DNA of 64,000 nt, from NCBI GenBank assembly GCA_964106915.2, contig OZ066915.1, one strand, 5' to 3'. Positions within the stretch are counted from its first letter, which is position 1. Each line of letters starts with the position of its first letter. Shown one piece after another: positions 26,029-39,217 of this stretch. Under the pieces are notes generated by a model. It saw only the letters and a program-made list of their open reading frames with translations. It did not search any database and was not told where the DNA came from. Source of the DNA: Podarcis gaigeae. Its lineage: Eukaryota. A program made the translations under genes and the position numbers.

Positions 26029-27416
26029 GAAACTCCAGATTACTTCCACTTAATTTCGCACGAGAAGCCTGCAAGCAATGTAAGATAAATCACTGTGATA
26101 CCATTTTCTGCACACCATTATGGCACTTCGATATAGTTTGGATTAACTGATTCTGATTTGCATATCACAGTCAGTAGGTAACAAAACATTCCTTTCTAAC
26201 AATTTCAAAGGAAAAAAAAACACATAGAGGAACTGCTTAGAAGAGTTTGCAGAAGATTAAATAAACTCAGGTTAGCAATTTCTGCTTTCAGGTGTAGTGA
26301 TAAAGATCTTATCGGGAGCTGTACTTGTTAAACTGTTGGCAGCTATATCCATTCTCCAATTCTGCAGAAACGAACATGACTCAGCATCCCTTTTTCCTTG
26401 ACGTGCATGTGGTAATGTTATCACACTGAAGCAAAAACCACAGCAAACACAACTCACCAAGTGAGAGATACAGTGTGAAACAGTCCACAGACAAGTTTAA
26501 AAATGCAAAGCACTCTGCTAAAATAAGGCACAAAGGACACATCTTATAAGACTGCTGGGTTCCTTGTTTCTATGCTACAAAAACCATGTATATTTTCCCG
26601 CATTTTTGAACCAAAGGGCTTCACACAGGCCTCTGCTTAGCTGCAGTGAGAGCAGAATACTGGACTAGATGAGCCTTTTGGCTTGATTCAACAGGGCACT
26701 TCCTGTGTTTTTATGAGTCCACCGATTGAACTTTCTTCCTCTAAATCATGGCTATTTATGATGTTACTGCTGTACTGGTCACTGGGATTGCCATTTCCCC
26801 ATTCCATACCAGGAGTGGTGTTCACTGTTCTGTACCTGTTTGTCTTTTTATTGTATCTCACTCTTGATCCATCGCCACTCATATTTCATTAAACTTATAT
26901 AATCTCAGCCTGATCTTGTAGTATGCTAAAATAACACCATTGTTTTCATCCTCCTGACCGTGTTGTAAGCACCGCTTTTCTGACAAATTCTGTCACAGAA
27001 GCGAAGAGAAGGTGGCATTTGCTCAGCAAATATATGTCTCCTCACATATAAGTACCACAAATGAAATGAAAACAATCCTAATATAATGATTTTAAGGTGT
27101 TGTTGTTTTGTATTCTACAAAGGCGAGGCTATTATCAAATTAGTTCTTCTCCTCGAAACCAGCAGGATAATTTACCACACAGGTGTGGTGGTATATGCCT
27201 CTCCAATAAGGGCAATTATATTTTCAAGTGTGGCCTGAAAGTGTGTCCAGCCAGTTGTGAAGAGGCTTGCCCCTTTTACATGGCAGGGTTGTGCAGGAAT
27301 TAAAACAGAATTAGGACCAATGGTGAACACCCGGAGGCCGTGGATCCTGAGGTTTGCCCTAAAGGACTATGGGACTATATGGAGCAGAGAAAGGGCCTCC
27401 CTTGAGACCCACTCAA

Positions 27417-27507
27417 GTTGTTGTTGTTGTTTAGTCATTTAGTCGTGTCCGATTCTTCGTGACCCCATGGACCAGAGCACGCCAGGCACTTCTGTCTTCC
27501 ACTGCCT
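27417..27507 (-). mobile_element. BovB (RTE) LINE 3'-terminal fragment with (CAA)n tail
   Basis: (GTT)n then tttagtcgtgtccgattcttcgtgaccccatggac..gccaggc. 9-bp TSD CCCACTCAA (27408-27416 / 27508-27516). Confidence 0.85.
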
Positions 27508-28964
27508 CCCACTCAAACCATACCCCTAAAGTAATGGGGCTTGAGGGGAATGGAGTCTTGAGAGGGTCTCCCTCAAGCAGGAGGGGGTTGGCAAGGCACT
27601 TGCTCTCAGGGCAGGATTGGTGTGCCCAGAGAATGCAGGTTAGGAGAAAGTGGCAAGGCCATCCCTTGCTTCAGATATGCCCACACAGCTTAATTGTTGT
27701 AAATTATGTAAAGTTGTGGCCCTTAATCAACCCAATACCCGAGTCCTGTCTCTTTATTCCTGATTGTGGGTGCAATTATAGTGATTATGTGAAGCATGTA
27801 TGTTCAACCATTGAGTAAAATGGGGGGTCTTTTATTTCTCTCAACCCTTTCCCCAAATAAACACTGACATAATAATGGCTGTCATCAAAACAAGTGGGTC
27901 ATGAGTAGACTAAGTTCCAGTCAATTGAGAATAGATATGTCATGTTAGAAGTCCAAACCCCCAACAACCTCAGATGTAATCTTTCACCAATGCCATTTTG
28001 GGGAGAATGTGGAAGATTTCAAGTTTTGGAAGTTCTTGCATGGAAGAACTGCTGGACATTAGCTCACCAGACACATAGACAGTGGAGCAATCAGCATTTA
28101 AAAATAATTAATTTCACATTACAAGCCAGAAGGAACTAAAATGGTGGCACCCATAGGAACCTTCCATCTACTCTGGCAGTTAGGTTTAGACTTGACCAAT
28201 CCAATTCAGGACTAATTCCACAAACCAGCCTTCTTCAAACTGGTGCCCTCTAGATCCTTTGGAACGCAATGGTCTCATCTCTCACCACTGGTCATTGCTG
28301 GGTGGGGCTGATGGGAAATGAAGTCCAACGACATATGGCTGACACCAGCTTAAGTAAGTCTGCCGTAAGATATGAACTGAGCAAATGTGGGACAAAATAA
28401 GTATCCTGGGGATAAGCACCTGGTTGTGTTCCAATTTTATTTCCTGCCATTGTGGACCTAATTGGGCCTCTTTACGGCAACTTGGAATTCACTTCAGGTT
28501 TTGATTCCAAAGTGCATGAAAACTTGGCTCTGCTATTTGATTGCTGTTGTCTTCTATCTGTCTGCAGAATGTCGCATGTTTATCATTCCATCCACACATC
28601 TGCACACACTTCCTGAACTGTTTCATTGGTGCAGGTGGGAGAGGGGCCATGAGACAGGCGAAAGCAACCGGCTGGGATACGGAACCCTGCCACTTTTTTG
28701 TTTTAAAAAAGAGTTTATGAAGAAAAATATGTGAAGAAACAATAAAAACTCAGAGCACACACATATATTCCTTGGGTTACAGCAAAAATACGAGAAAAAC
28801 AAGCCGACAACAGGAACACTCCCTCTGTAACCTGCAACCTTTGACCTAGAAAGTGCTTTAACCAAACATTTCCGCCTAACAAACTGCAACGGGCAAAAGC
28901 ATAGGGAGGTTCTCTCTATGAGTCTGCAAGACCTGATCTTGACCAATCCACTCCCTTCTCTCAT

Positions 28965-29885
28965 GCTGCCTTATCTTCAGTGCTATTTAATATCTATATG
29001 AAGCCACTGGGAGCGGTCATTAGGAGATTTGGGACAAGGTGCCAACAGCATGCAGGTGAAACTCAGCTCTGTTTCTCCACGACATCTGAATTGGGAGAGG
29101 CTGTTGAGTGCCTGGACCGGTGCCCTGGACACAGTGATTAAAAGCATGAGGGAAAACAAGCTAAACTTGAATTCTGGCAGGACGGAGGCATTGTGGGCGA
29201 GTCATTCCCATGTCCGAGAAATTGGTCCATTACCTACTCTGGGTGGGGCTGCACTCCCCCCGAAGGAGCAAGTTTGCAGCCTGGGAGTGCTGCTGGATCC
29301 AGCTGTGTCCCTGGAGGGAGGCCCAGGTAGCCTCAGTGCCTGGAAGTGCCTTTTGCTATCTGTGACTGATGCAACAGCTATGGCTATTTCTGGACCAGGA
29401 AAGACATGCCCCTGTAGTTCATGCATCGGCTACTTCAGAACTGGGTTACTGTAATGCACTATGCGTGGGGCTTACCTTAAGCTTGATCCAGGAGCCACAC
29501 TTGGTGCAGAAGGCTGCAGTGTGATTCCTGACAGGAGCGAGACCCTGTCGTCATATAACACCTGCTCAGAGATATGAACTGGCTGCCTATTTATTTGCTA
29601 CTGGGCCAAGTTTACAGTGTTACTATTACTATCCATGCGACGGTGGTGAACTCCTGTTGCTCTGTCCCAGCTTCTGCCAACCTAGAAATTTATCTCTGCC
29701 TTACCTCATCTATGCCCACTTGACCACTTCAACCTGTGGTACTGGCTTTGTTACAGGTGCCACATAATATTCTGTATATATTTTAATATGGCAGCTCCCA
29801 CTATTTGGAACTCCCTGCCACTTGACAACCAGGCAGGCACCTTCACCGTGCTCTTTTCAACATTTTTCTTTAGGCAAGCTTATCA
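28965..29885 (+). mobile_element. L2 LINE fragment, degraded
   Basis: LFNIYMKPLGAVIRRFG..; ORF segment MRENKLNLNSGRTEALW..KEQVCSLGVLLDP; later LVQKAA and WNSLP motifs with frameshifts. Confidence 0.8.
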
Positions 29886-29969
29886 AGAGAAGTAGAATGT
29901 TGAGAAGCATTTTAATCTGGTTTTTAGCTTATCATTCATTTTAATTATTTTTTGAATATTTTAAATAGA

Positions 29970-30193
29970 GGGTTAAGAACTTAATTTGTTCTGGTTAACC
30001 TGAAACTGTTCTTAACCTGAGGTACCACTTTAGCTAATGGGGCCTCCTGCTGCCGCTGCTGCGCCACCCCCCGCCTGATTTCTGTTCTCATCCTGAAGCA
30101 AAGTTCTTAACCCGAGGTACTATTTCTGGGTTAGCAGAGTCTGTAACCTGAAGCGTCTGTAACCTGAAGCGTCTGTAACCTGAGGTACTACTG
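29970..30193 (+). mobile_element. Tc1/mariner MITE family B, 5'-damaged
   Basis: Same internal sequence as 4572-4813; right TIR ..TAACCTGAGGTACTACTG + TA. Confidence 0.8.
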
Positions 30194-32959
30194 TAGTTTT
30201 AAACTTTACTGTTTCATTCTTTGAGGTTTTATTACAATCAAGCAGTACGTAAATTTTGTGAAACAAATAAACATTTCCATGCTTGCAGCCACCACCGCTT
30301 GATATACAGCTAAGGGAGCTAACTCCAGATCTTGCATAGTGACTAAATGGTCCTCACCTCTGAATGAATTGCTCCCATGCTTGAAGGGGCCAAGGATAAG
30401 AAGCCTCATGTAAACGGACTAGAAAATATTAACAGGCCTGCTTTCTGTCTGAACTGGGAGTCTTTGTTCTGCTTTCTCCAGGTGATAGACATAAATAGAC
30501 GGGGCAGGTAGAATTAAGTCAATTTATTCAAATGTATACAGCAGCCTATAAGCCCACGCAGCTTCCATTTATTATCCTGTCTCTGGGTTTGAGCGGCGGC
30601 GAGAGACAGGGAAAAAGGCTGTTAGTGCCTGTGTACCAAGTGACTAAGCGGAGGCATTTGTGCTCACACACACGCAAGGAAGATCCCATGGAAAGCCAGT
30701 GGAGGAGAAGAGCTGCAAGACTGCTGCGGTGGAGTGGAAGGAGAATGTTACGAAGGCAAGGAGAAGGGCATGCCCGTGCCCAGTGGTTCTGGCTGGGAGG
30801 GAGAGTGAGTCATCATGCTGAGCAACCCTGTCAAAGGACACTAGGGAGCAATGGAGAAAAAAGACACAGCATGTTCATTATGCAAGGATTTGCCTCTCCT
30901 TGGGCAGTGTTTCCACACACATTCCCATCGTTCGGTAGGCGTACCGGTCACTTACTTAAACTTCACTTGAGTTTGCAAGTAGGGACCTGTATATGTACGT
31001 GTGTTTGCATGTGCATTTGTCATGAAGCACATTAATACGTTTATAAATATTTGGAGCAGTGGTAGATGTTGTTGGAGAGCAACTCACATCATCCCTCATC
31101 ACTGGCCACATTGTTTGGGACTTGGCGGCCAATGGCATCTGCAGTGCATCATGTTGGCAACACCTGATTTACAACATGGCTGATTTGTTGGTTGTTATAT
31201 TTCACAGGCTATTAAGTGCCTCTGTGTAGCCACATTCTGGACTAGAAAACTGATGGGAGAACCTAACGCTGTGTACACACCACACCTTTAAAACAAATTT
31301 AAAGCACATTTCCGACTGCCAACCCAAGAATCCTAGAAAGTGTAGTTCACCCCTCTCAGAGCTAAAATTCTTAGCACTCTTAACAAACTTCCCAGGATTC
31401 CTTGGGGGACTGAAGGCTGGTGCGGCCTTGCACCAGGTGCGCCAGTCTCCCAACACTGTGCAGGCTGGTGCAGCCTTCTGTGATGTTGTGCCGGGCCCCC
31501 CTCAATATTGGGAGGGATGTGGGGGCCCCTTAAAACAAATATTGAGGGGGCAGAACACCTTTGCCCCCTAGAGTTTGCATGCCTGGGTCCAGCTGATGTC
31601 TCCACCAGCAGGAGAGGAAGAGTAGCAATTTTGTCTGATTACCTGTGACGTTCCTGATTGAATATGAGCTCCATAAGGCTCAGGGGCCCTTCATAAGAGG
31701 TGGAAGGTGGTATGAGAAGCCCCCCTGAAAGGCAAATAGGCCAAAATAGCTGGGCTTTGTTAGCAGAGGTGACTTCCACATCAAAAGCATCTTCTGACCA
31801 CAAAGGCCCACCATTGGATTCTGCCCTTCATTTTCGTTCTGTCCGTTTTAAAGAGATGAACATTTTAAAAGCTCTCTCTCTAAGTTGGCCCTATAGAATA
31901 CATAATCATAGTCTTCTTTATTTTGTCCCTCAGGCAGTAGGCACAGGGTGGGGTGGGGGGTTCTTTCCATGCTACACTCCTGTGCATTTCATGTTGCTAT
32001 TAACCCCCAAGTCACTAAAATGTGCATTCGGTTTGTGTAGAGCAGATGAGAGCGTATGTGCTTTAATTTGTTTTCTCAAGTGCCAAGCCATTATTTTAAC
32101 CTTTAATTTATACCCTTGTCTGCACAAACCCATGCAGGAACGGAAGCAAGATAAGACAAGTTGGTCTTCAACATTCTTTGTGTTCTGTTTTGTGCTGCTA
32201 GGAAACTCTTTAAAGGGTGAGGCAGGAATTATTCGCACGTATTTCGGTACCTAATACGGCCAATTTTACATTTTAAAGACTGTGAAGTGGTGCCCCATTT
32301 ATCAATGATTAAGTGAGAAAACAGAACAAAGCAGTGTATTTAAGCTTTCTGCTTAAATGTGCTTAACATGACCATAGTGCTCTTTTAGATTTATAAAGAG
32401 AGAGAACTGCAAATAACAGAAAATAAAATTGAGAGAGATTTTATCAGCCATTCCCATGGTGGTGTCCTCCAGTGGTTGGGGCAGTGGTCAGAGATTATAG
32501 GAGCTGTAATCCTGCAACACCAGTAGCCAGAGATTCATTATTCTAGCATCTGTCCACTGAAAACAAGCCTTGCTTGAACTCCTAATCCAGTTAGGAAACT
32601 AAGCAGCCATCCTTTAAACATGCACTTTCTTCATGGTACAAATCCTGTTTCCAGTCAGGGGTTGAGCCCCACAACAGGTCTTGAACCAGTGACTTCCAGG
32701 ATCTCAGGCAAGGCCTTAACCCAAGTACCACCACCCAGCCATGGCCAAGGATGAGAAGCCTCATGGCAATGATGAGCGATAATGGGTGAGGCTAAGGATA
32801 TGTAATGAGGGCACCAGGTAAGCTTCCTTAGAGGGAGCATTCCGCAAACAGAAAGCCACTGCAATGAAGGCCAGTTCTCCTGTTGCCTCTTTCCAGACCT
32901 CTTGTGGACAAGCCATGCAAAGAAGAGCTTCAGATGATGAATGCATGGTCTAGGTTGGT

Positions 32960-33420
32960 TCATATGGGGAAAGGCAGTCCTTTCAGCCCTGAGGTGTTTA
33001 GGTCTTTATAGGTCAAAACCAGCATTTTGAATTGGGCCTGCAAATGAATTGGCAGCCTGTGGAGTCGGGCCAGGATCAATATAATATTCTCAAACTTTCT
33101 TGCCCCAGTGAGAAACCTGGCTGCCGAATTCTGCACTAGCTGAAGCTTCCGAATCATCTTCAGAGGAACCCCTATGTATAATGTGTTAAAGTAATCCAGC
33201 CTAGAGGTTACCAGAGCACAGACGGCATAAGTTAGGCTATCCCTGCCCAGATAGGGGTGCAGCAGGGCCACTAGTCAAAGCTGATGGAAGGCACTCCATG
33301 CCACCGAGGCCACCTGAGCCTCAAGCAACAGGAAATGGGTACCCCCAAGCTGCATACCCACTCATTCAGAGGGAGTGTAACCCCATCACGATCAAGTGCC
33401 CTCTCATCCATTTGGTCTAG
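32960..33420 (-). mobile_element. L2 LINE fragment
   Basis: ORF 32960-33271 ALVTSRLDYFN.LY.G.PLK..RKLQLVQNSAAR.LTG..LH.LP; homologous to the L2 at 39.2-40.5 kb. Confidence 0.85.
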
Positions 33421-35106
33421 GGAACAACCCACAAACCAGCCATAGCCATAAAGGCTTTATAAAACAAATCCACCTTAGAAAGTGCAGGGTTACCATGCTC
33501 TCAGCAGCCAAATCTCAAGAAATTAAAGAAGCACAATGGTTAAATTTCTTCACACACTCATAAAATTTATTTATGAAAATGAGTGGATTCCTAATTCTGG
33601 CTGCTCTCCCTTGAAGGCCTCTAGGGCTTGATAATAATTCTCTTCAATGTCCTCAGGGGAATCTCTTCTGGATTGTTTAGTTTCTCACGTTAGGACTTGT
33701 GTCTCTGGGTGGAGTTATTCCATTTATTTTTAAGTGGTCTAAAATAATGGCAGGTGTCAGCAATCCAAAATACCACCATAAATAATGTCTTCCTTGAGCA
33801 AACAGGCAATTATTTGAGGCCCTTTGAAGTGATCACATTTTGGGGAGGGGGGGGGGGACAGGGATATAAAAGCAACGAAATATTTCCTGTATGTTTTCCA
33901 TGTTGCACACATCGTAACTGCTTTATCAGAAGTGGAGCTGTGCCAGCAAACTATATTGCTTTAGCTTTCTCATTTGGTTCATTCTGTTTATTAAAACAAC
34001 GTTATCTGCTTCTTAGGCATGAAGAACATGACTTCTTGATCATGGTAAAGTCAGAGGTTGGCTTAAGATCAGATTTGTATAGCTAACACATCTATGTGAC
34101 ATCCACACACACATCTATTATCAGCGGAGACGAATGGTGAAAAAGTTGGGCAGATGCTATGAATAAGACAGCATGTGCCAACAACAGCACTATCAGAAAT
34201 GGCATTTGATGGCACTGCTTGGTTTAAGAAGTATTCACATGATCCTCTGTGCCTAGCTCTTTGATTTATGAGTTCATATCTCGAAAGATGAAGATTAAGA
34301 GAGGTTTTGTTTTGGTTTTTTTACAATAAATGATTGTAAAAGTTGTTCAATCTCCCAAATCGACTTAAAAGCAAGTTGTTGTTGTTTTTAAATAGGGCTG
34401 GTAGTTCTCCACTGGGTAACAAGATCAGCTGACTGCCCTCAGTCTGTGAAGTTAGCTCATAAGATTCAGGCTATTCCTGCAGCCCAGAAGATGCCACTGG
34501 CCTATGGAGCCTAGTCTGACTGGCTGGTCAAAGATTCAGGGCACAGAGGTAAAGCTCTGAAGGTTGGCTTCCGGAAGCCCCAGTTCAAGACCTCCCTTGG
34601 AGTCTTACAGATCTAACACAGAAGATTTGTGTCACTTTCTGCCTCCTTGAAGCTTGAATAGTACAGAAGGCAGTTTTCCATAAATTTGAAAGTGAGTTCT
34701 GTCACACTCCACCTGTCTTATTCTCTGGCATGCAACAAAGCCCAATCAACAGAATAATTTGCTTTCTGTATTATGAATAATCAATGACATGCTGAAAAAG
34801 GATGTGAAGAAGATGGGTCTCATGGAAAAAGTGTCCAGCTGCACAAATTCTATCTCAGTCTCATGACATTATTATTTTTTTTGAAAAATTTAAGCACACG
34901 CAGTGCTACTTACACCCTATCATACCCAGAGCCATACAAAAACCCCACAACATAAATACCATACATTTTTTCTATTTTCCCCTTTTGTCTTTCTAATAAT
35001 TTTTATTGATTACAAGAAAACAAAATAGAACAACTACATAATGGAATCCTGTTAGAGACATAAAATACCCAGGACGGAGTCAGACTAGATCTCAGCAAAT
35101 GACTTA

Positions 35107-35250
35107 ATAGAATCACAGAATTGTAGAGTTGAAAAGAACTATGAGGGTAATCTAGTCCAACCCTCTGCATTGCATCTTCCGCCCAATGTGGGGCTCAAAC
35201 CCACAACCCTGAGATTAAGAGTCTCATGCTCTTTCAAGTGAGCCATCCCA
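35107..35250 (-). mobile_element. tRNA-Lys-derived SINE with CR1-type tail
   Basis: atagaatcacagaattgtagagttg..tctagtccaaccc..gtggggctcaaacccacaaccctgagattaagagtctcatgctct. Confidence 0.8.
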
Positions 35251-35279
35251 TTACCAGTTTTGTGTGATCAGTATGCACC

Positions 35280-35714
35280 TGTAATGGTTCTAGGGGTTGC
35301 TCGTGTGTAAGTTGCCGCCACTCCTGGCTAGGTTGCCTGGTTGAACCCTTTCTGTCTGGACAGCCCTTCACTTCGTGGCTGTCTCAGTCGCTGGCAGAAT
35401 CCGTCATTGGGCGTTTCTTGAACTTCTTCCAGCAAAGAAGTTCTTTGACGCCAAGTCTCCTCCTACTCTCCCTGCGCGGAAGTCTTCTGCGCAGGGTGGG
35501 TGTGGGCAGCGGAGGACCCGTGCTCTCCCCGCTGGTCTCCGGTGAAGAGTCCTGGAGCCTCCTCTCCGATTCCCCAATCTGCCCCCCTTCACCACTGGTG
35601 TTACGCTGATTTCCTTCCCCAGCAGATGGGCTGCCTCTCTCCCTACTGTGACCCTCTCCGGCATCCCTCTGGAGCCTTCCCTCCGCCTCTAGCTCCGATG
35701 GCAGTTCCCTGACA
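35280..35714 (-). mobile_element. Solo LTR (435 bp), probably Gypsy/Ty3-type
   Basis: Ends TGTAA..TGACA, perfect 5-bp TSD GCACC (35275-35279 / 35715-35719). GC- and CpG-rich against AT-rich flanks. Orientation tentative. Confidence 0.8.
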
Positions 35715-37387
35715 GCACCAAATAAAGGAGGGGGGGGAATAAAGTCCAGAATCCGTCAGACCAATCTTTCACCACTTCACTTCTCATCACCTGTCTGTGT
35801 CATGTAAGAGACAGTGATCTATCCCAGACATTACTGAACCATGATTCCTTAGGTAGCATTAAACATGACTTCCATAATTGACCAATGATAATCTGAGTCG
35901 CCACCAGTAAAAACAAGACCTGATCTTCATGCTTAACTGTCTGTTTAAGGTCACTTTTCAGAGATAACAATGCCAAGGTGATTGGTTTCTGGCATATTAG
36001 TAGTTTAATTAAGCAAAAGGTCTTTACCAAGTGGCGTTCCAAACTCTAATGAGTTTTTCATTTTAAAACTTTTGGTTCCCGGTATGTGCTGTGGTTTGGC
36101 AAAAGATGTGTAAACTTCAAACAACTTTGCAGTTTTCCTTCAAAATGTTGGTTTTGCACATCCCAGGTAAGCATGAATAGGATTGCAGGATGATGGGGTC
36201 AAAAGCCCAAGCCCATTCTTTTGTTGATTGTCAGTGTTGAGACCATTTAGCCAACTATTTGCCCCCAACAAACATTTTGCTCCTGTACTTTAAAATATGT
36301 TTAGATGTAACTCAAATATGCTTTGTCATGTTCCTAAAACAAAAGGGTGCAAGATTAATTTTCTATTTTATTTATATTTGGGGGAAGGTTTGACTTCTCT
36401 GATGGAAGCTCATAATAGTATAATCTGGGTGATTTATGCTGCAGTACTGGAGAGTAAGCCCCACTGAATTTAGTGGGGCTTACTTTTAAGTAGATGTGTA
36501 TAGGATTGTGTTGTTATTCACTTGTTCCCCTGGTAAGGTTCAAACACCTCTTTTTGCAATAGCAATCAGGGGTCTGATAATTAAAATGTCACCTTCAGGG
36601 ATTGGTGACAAATGCCAATAGACTAATCTATTTTACCCCAATGTTATGAAGAGGTAGCTTTTTGGAGGATGCATTCTGGCTGTAAAATCTATTACCTGTC
36701 ATCCTCACATTCGTGCCCTTTTCAAGCTGAAAATATTATTTGAGCACGTAGGCTTCTGGAGTTACAGCTGACTTTACAGAGTTACACTAGCCAGGTATTT
36801 TTACTGGCAAAACACAGAGGGGAAAAAGACATCAATGAATGCAGTCAACTAGGACAGAAAACAGAAAAAAGGATTAGAGTTCTATTTTCTCTTCCTGTGT
36901 TTTGTTTCTTGAAGATAGCCTTCAATAACAGACATATGGCCACAATCATGATGAGATGCAGTTTCCCCAAATGGCTGATTTCTGATCTTATAAGAAAAAT
37001 ATTCCAGAATAAAAAAAAATATATTAGGAGGCAAACTTCAAAAGGTGATAAACAAAATTATACGCAGGTGCACTTAGATGTCTTCCACATTCCATTTCAA
37101 GGAAGTTATAAGTTGCTTCCAAACTGTTAGTATTTTGCAGGAGAGATTCAATTGCATGCTGGAAAATTAGGTTTGCACAACTGAAGTGAATTAAAGTGCT
37201 TTAACAAAAACAAAACTTTTTGCAGTTAGGAAAGTGACAAGGAAATGTGCTTAAATGTGGGATTGCGGTAAACTGATAGAGAGAACTATAAGCTCATTGC
37301 AAACAGAATGTGTAGTAAAGAGCAGATATTGTATAACCAAATCAGGATGAATTCTCAATAGGCAGATTATTTGGGGGAGACCCTGGC

Positions 37388-37523
37388 TAGGGTTGCCATG
37401 TGTTCTCTTTTCCCCGGACTCGTCCTCTTTTCCAGGGATAAACTTTGGGACAAATTGCATTTATTTGGTTTGAATGGCCGTCATAGCGTCCACATTTTTG
37501 CTCTTCAAAATATGGCAACCCTA
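37388..37523. mobile_element. MITE with TAGGGTTGCCA TIRs (hAT-Blackjack-like); related copy ~25434-25558
   Basis: TAGGGTTGCCAT..ATGGCAACCCTA. No clear TSD. Confidence 0.6.
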
Positions 37524-37640
37524 CGGCCTATGCATCACCATAAGCAGTAACCTCTTCTGACTAAGATGCTTCTTCCTCGAGATAAGCACCAGTCAGGGAG
37601 TGGTTTGATCTCTGCAAAGCTGACATTCTTTACAATCTTA

Positions 37641-37984
37641 AAAAGGAAAAGTTAAAGGGACCCCTGACCATTAGGTCCAGTTGTGACCGACTCTGGGGTT
37701 GCGGCACTCATCTCACTTTATTGGCCGAGGGAGCCGGCATACAGCTCCCTCATGTGGCCAGCATGACTAAGCCGCTTCTGGCGAACCAGAGCAGCACATG
37801 GAAACACCATTTACCTTCCCGCTGGAGCGGTACCTATTTATCTACTTGCACTTTGACGTGCTTTCGAACTGCTAGGTTGGCAGGAGCAGGGACCGAGCAA
37901 CGGGAGCTCACCCCATTGCGGGGATTCGAACCACCGACCTTCTGATTGGCAAGTCCTAGGCTCTGTGGTTTAACCCACAGCGCC
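37641..37984 (-). mobile_element. Sauria SINE
   Basis: Collinear with 25694-26028; B-box-like region ggattcgaacc. Confidence 0.9.
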
Positions 37985-38046
37985 TTTATGTGTCCAATAA
38001 GCCAACTGGTCTCTGGATTGAGAGCAAAGGGAAAACAACACTACCC

Positions 38047-38285
38047 TAGAATTGTAGAATCGTAGAGTTGGAAGGGACCCTGAAGGGCATCTAGCCCAAC
38101 CCCCTGCAATGCAGGAATCTCAACTGAAGCATCCATGACAGATGGCCATCCAACCTCTGCTTACAAACCTCCAAGGAAGGAGAGGCCACCACCTCATATG
38201 GAAGTCTATTTCACAGTTGAATGGCTCTTACTGCCAGAAAATTCTTCCTGATGTTCAGTCAGAGTCTACTTTCTTGTAACTTGTA
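38047..38285 (-). mobile_element. CR1 3' end fragment
   Basis: tagaattgtagaatcgtagagttggaagggaccc..catctagcccaaccccctgcaatgcaggaat..aacctccaaggaaggagag; antisense of the 17450-17670 region. Confidence 0.85.
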
Positions 38286-39217
38286 TATCCTTCATTCTTC
38301 ATTTCTCATTTCTTCCATTGCTTATGCACGACCTTCTTATATCTCAGCTCTTGCATAAGCTCCGTATTCAGTGTAAAACAGCACGCTAGCAATCTGCGCT
38401 GCTGGTGAAGATGCTGCAAAATGTGACATTCTTTTGCACCTGAAAACACTCTTTGCAAGCCCATGCTGCAGCAGAAGGATTTGAGATGACTGGCCGAGTC
38501 TTTAAAAAGAAGGAAAGAAGGAAAATCACTTCAAGGGGTTGGCTGTCACAGGAGTGTCTGCTCCTCAGAAACCTGTAACAGATAGCCAAAAAGTTCACTG
38601 CCTCCATCCTCCCGCCAAAAACGGATCACCTTTTATGTCCCGCTGTACTGATAAAAATCTGTTGCCTGAATTCAGTGAGGTAATGGTATGCATACAGTGG
38701 TGTTGTGACATTGAGATTAGGCCCTAGATGCTTTTATGCCTTAGGAAAACCACCTCATGAGCTGTGGTGGGTCTGTTCCCACCCCCGCCCCCAGCCCTTG
38801 ACTGCAGCATCTGGATGGAAGTGTGAAGTCAATGTGGGGTTTTGCTGGTGATATAAGGAAATATTTTGCAACAGTTCAGCTCCCAGCACCTGCATGGGAG
38901 CTGCTAATATGCCATAGAGCATTTTGTCCATTTTGTAATTTTATTAACCCTTTCCTTAGCCACATTACGCAAGCCTCAAGTGAGCAGAGTATCTCTGGTG
39001 GCCCCGGACTAAAGACCTTTCACAGCAGCAACAATCACCACGAGGGGCCGTGTGCTAAGCTGAGGCAGGCAGGAGTTCCAGGAAAGCTGTGGTTTCTAGG
39101 AATATAGAGCCAGACAGTTGTCACTGTGGCCTGGCAAGTCAGAGTAGTGATGGCAAAAAAGCAGTGTGTGTGCCTGGATGAGTGAGGTAGGCTGGTGGGG
39201 CGAAGCTCTCATATAGC

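Larger units (their letters stand above)
34990..36050 (-). mobile_element. L1/Tx1-like LINE 3' remnant hosting a SINE and a solo LTR
   Basis: ORF 35800-36042 (LALLS..LFLLVATQIIIGQLWKS..W..NVW) resembles the C-terminus of L1-clade ORF2. Minus-strand AATAAA and A-rich end near 35000. Confidence 0.5.

Noticed and set aside
30532-32254. ORFs of 167 aa and 184 aa
   Set aside because: No domain-like content or splice context; the region includes low-complexity and repeat-derived sequence.
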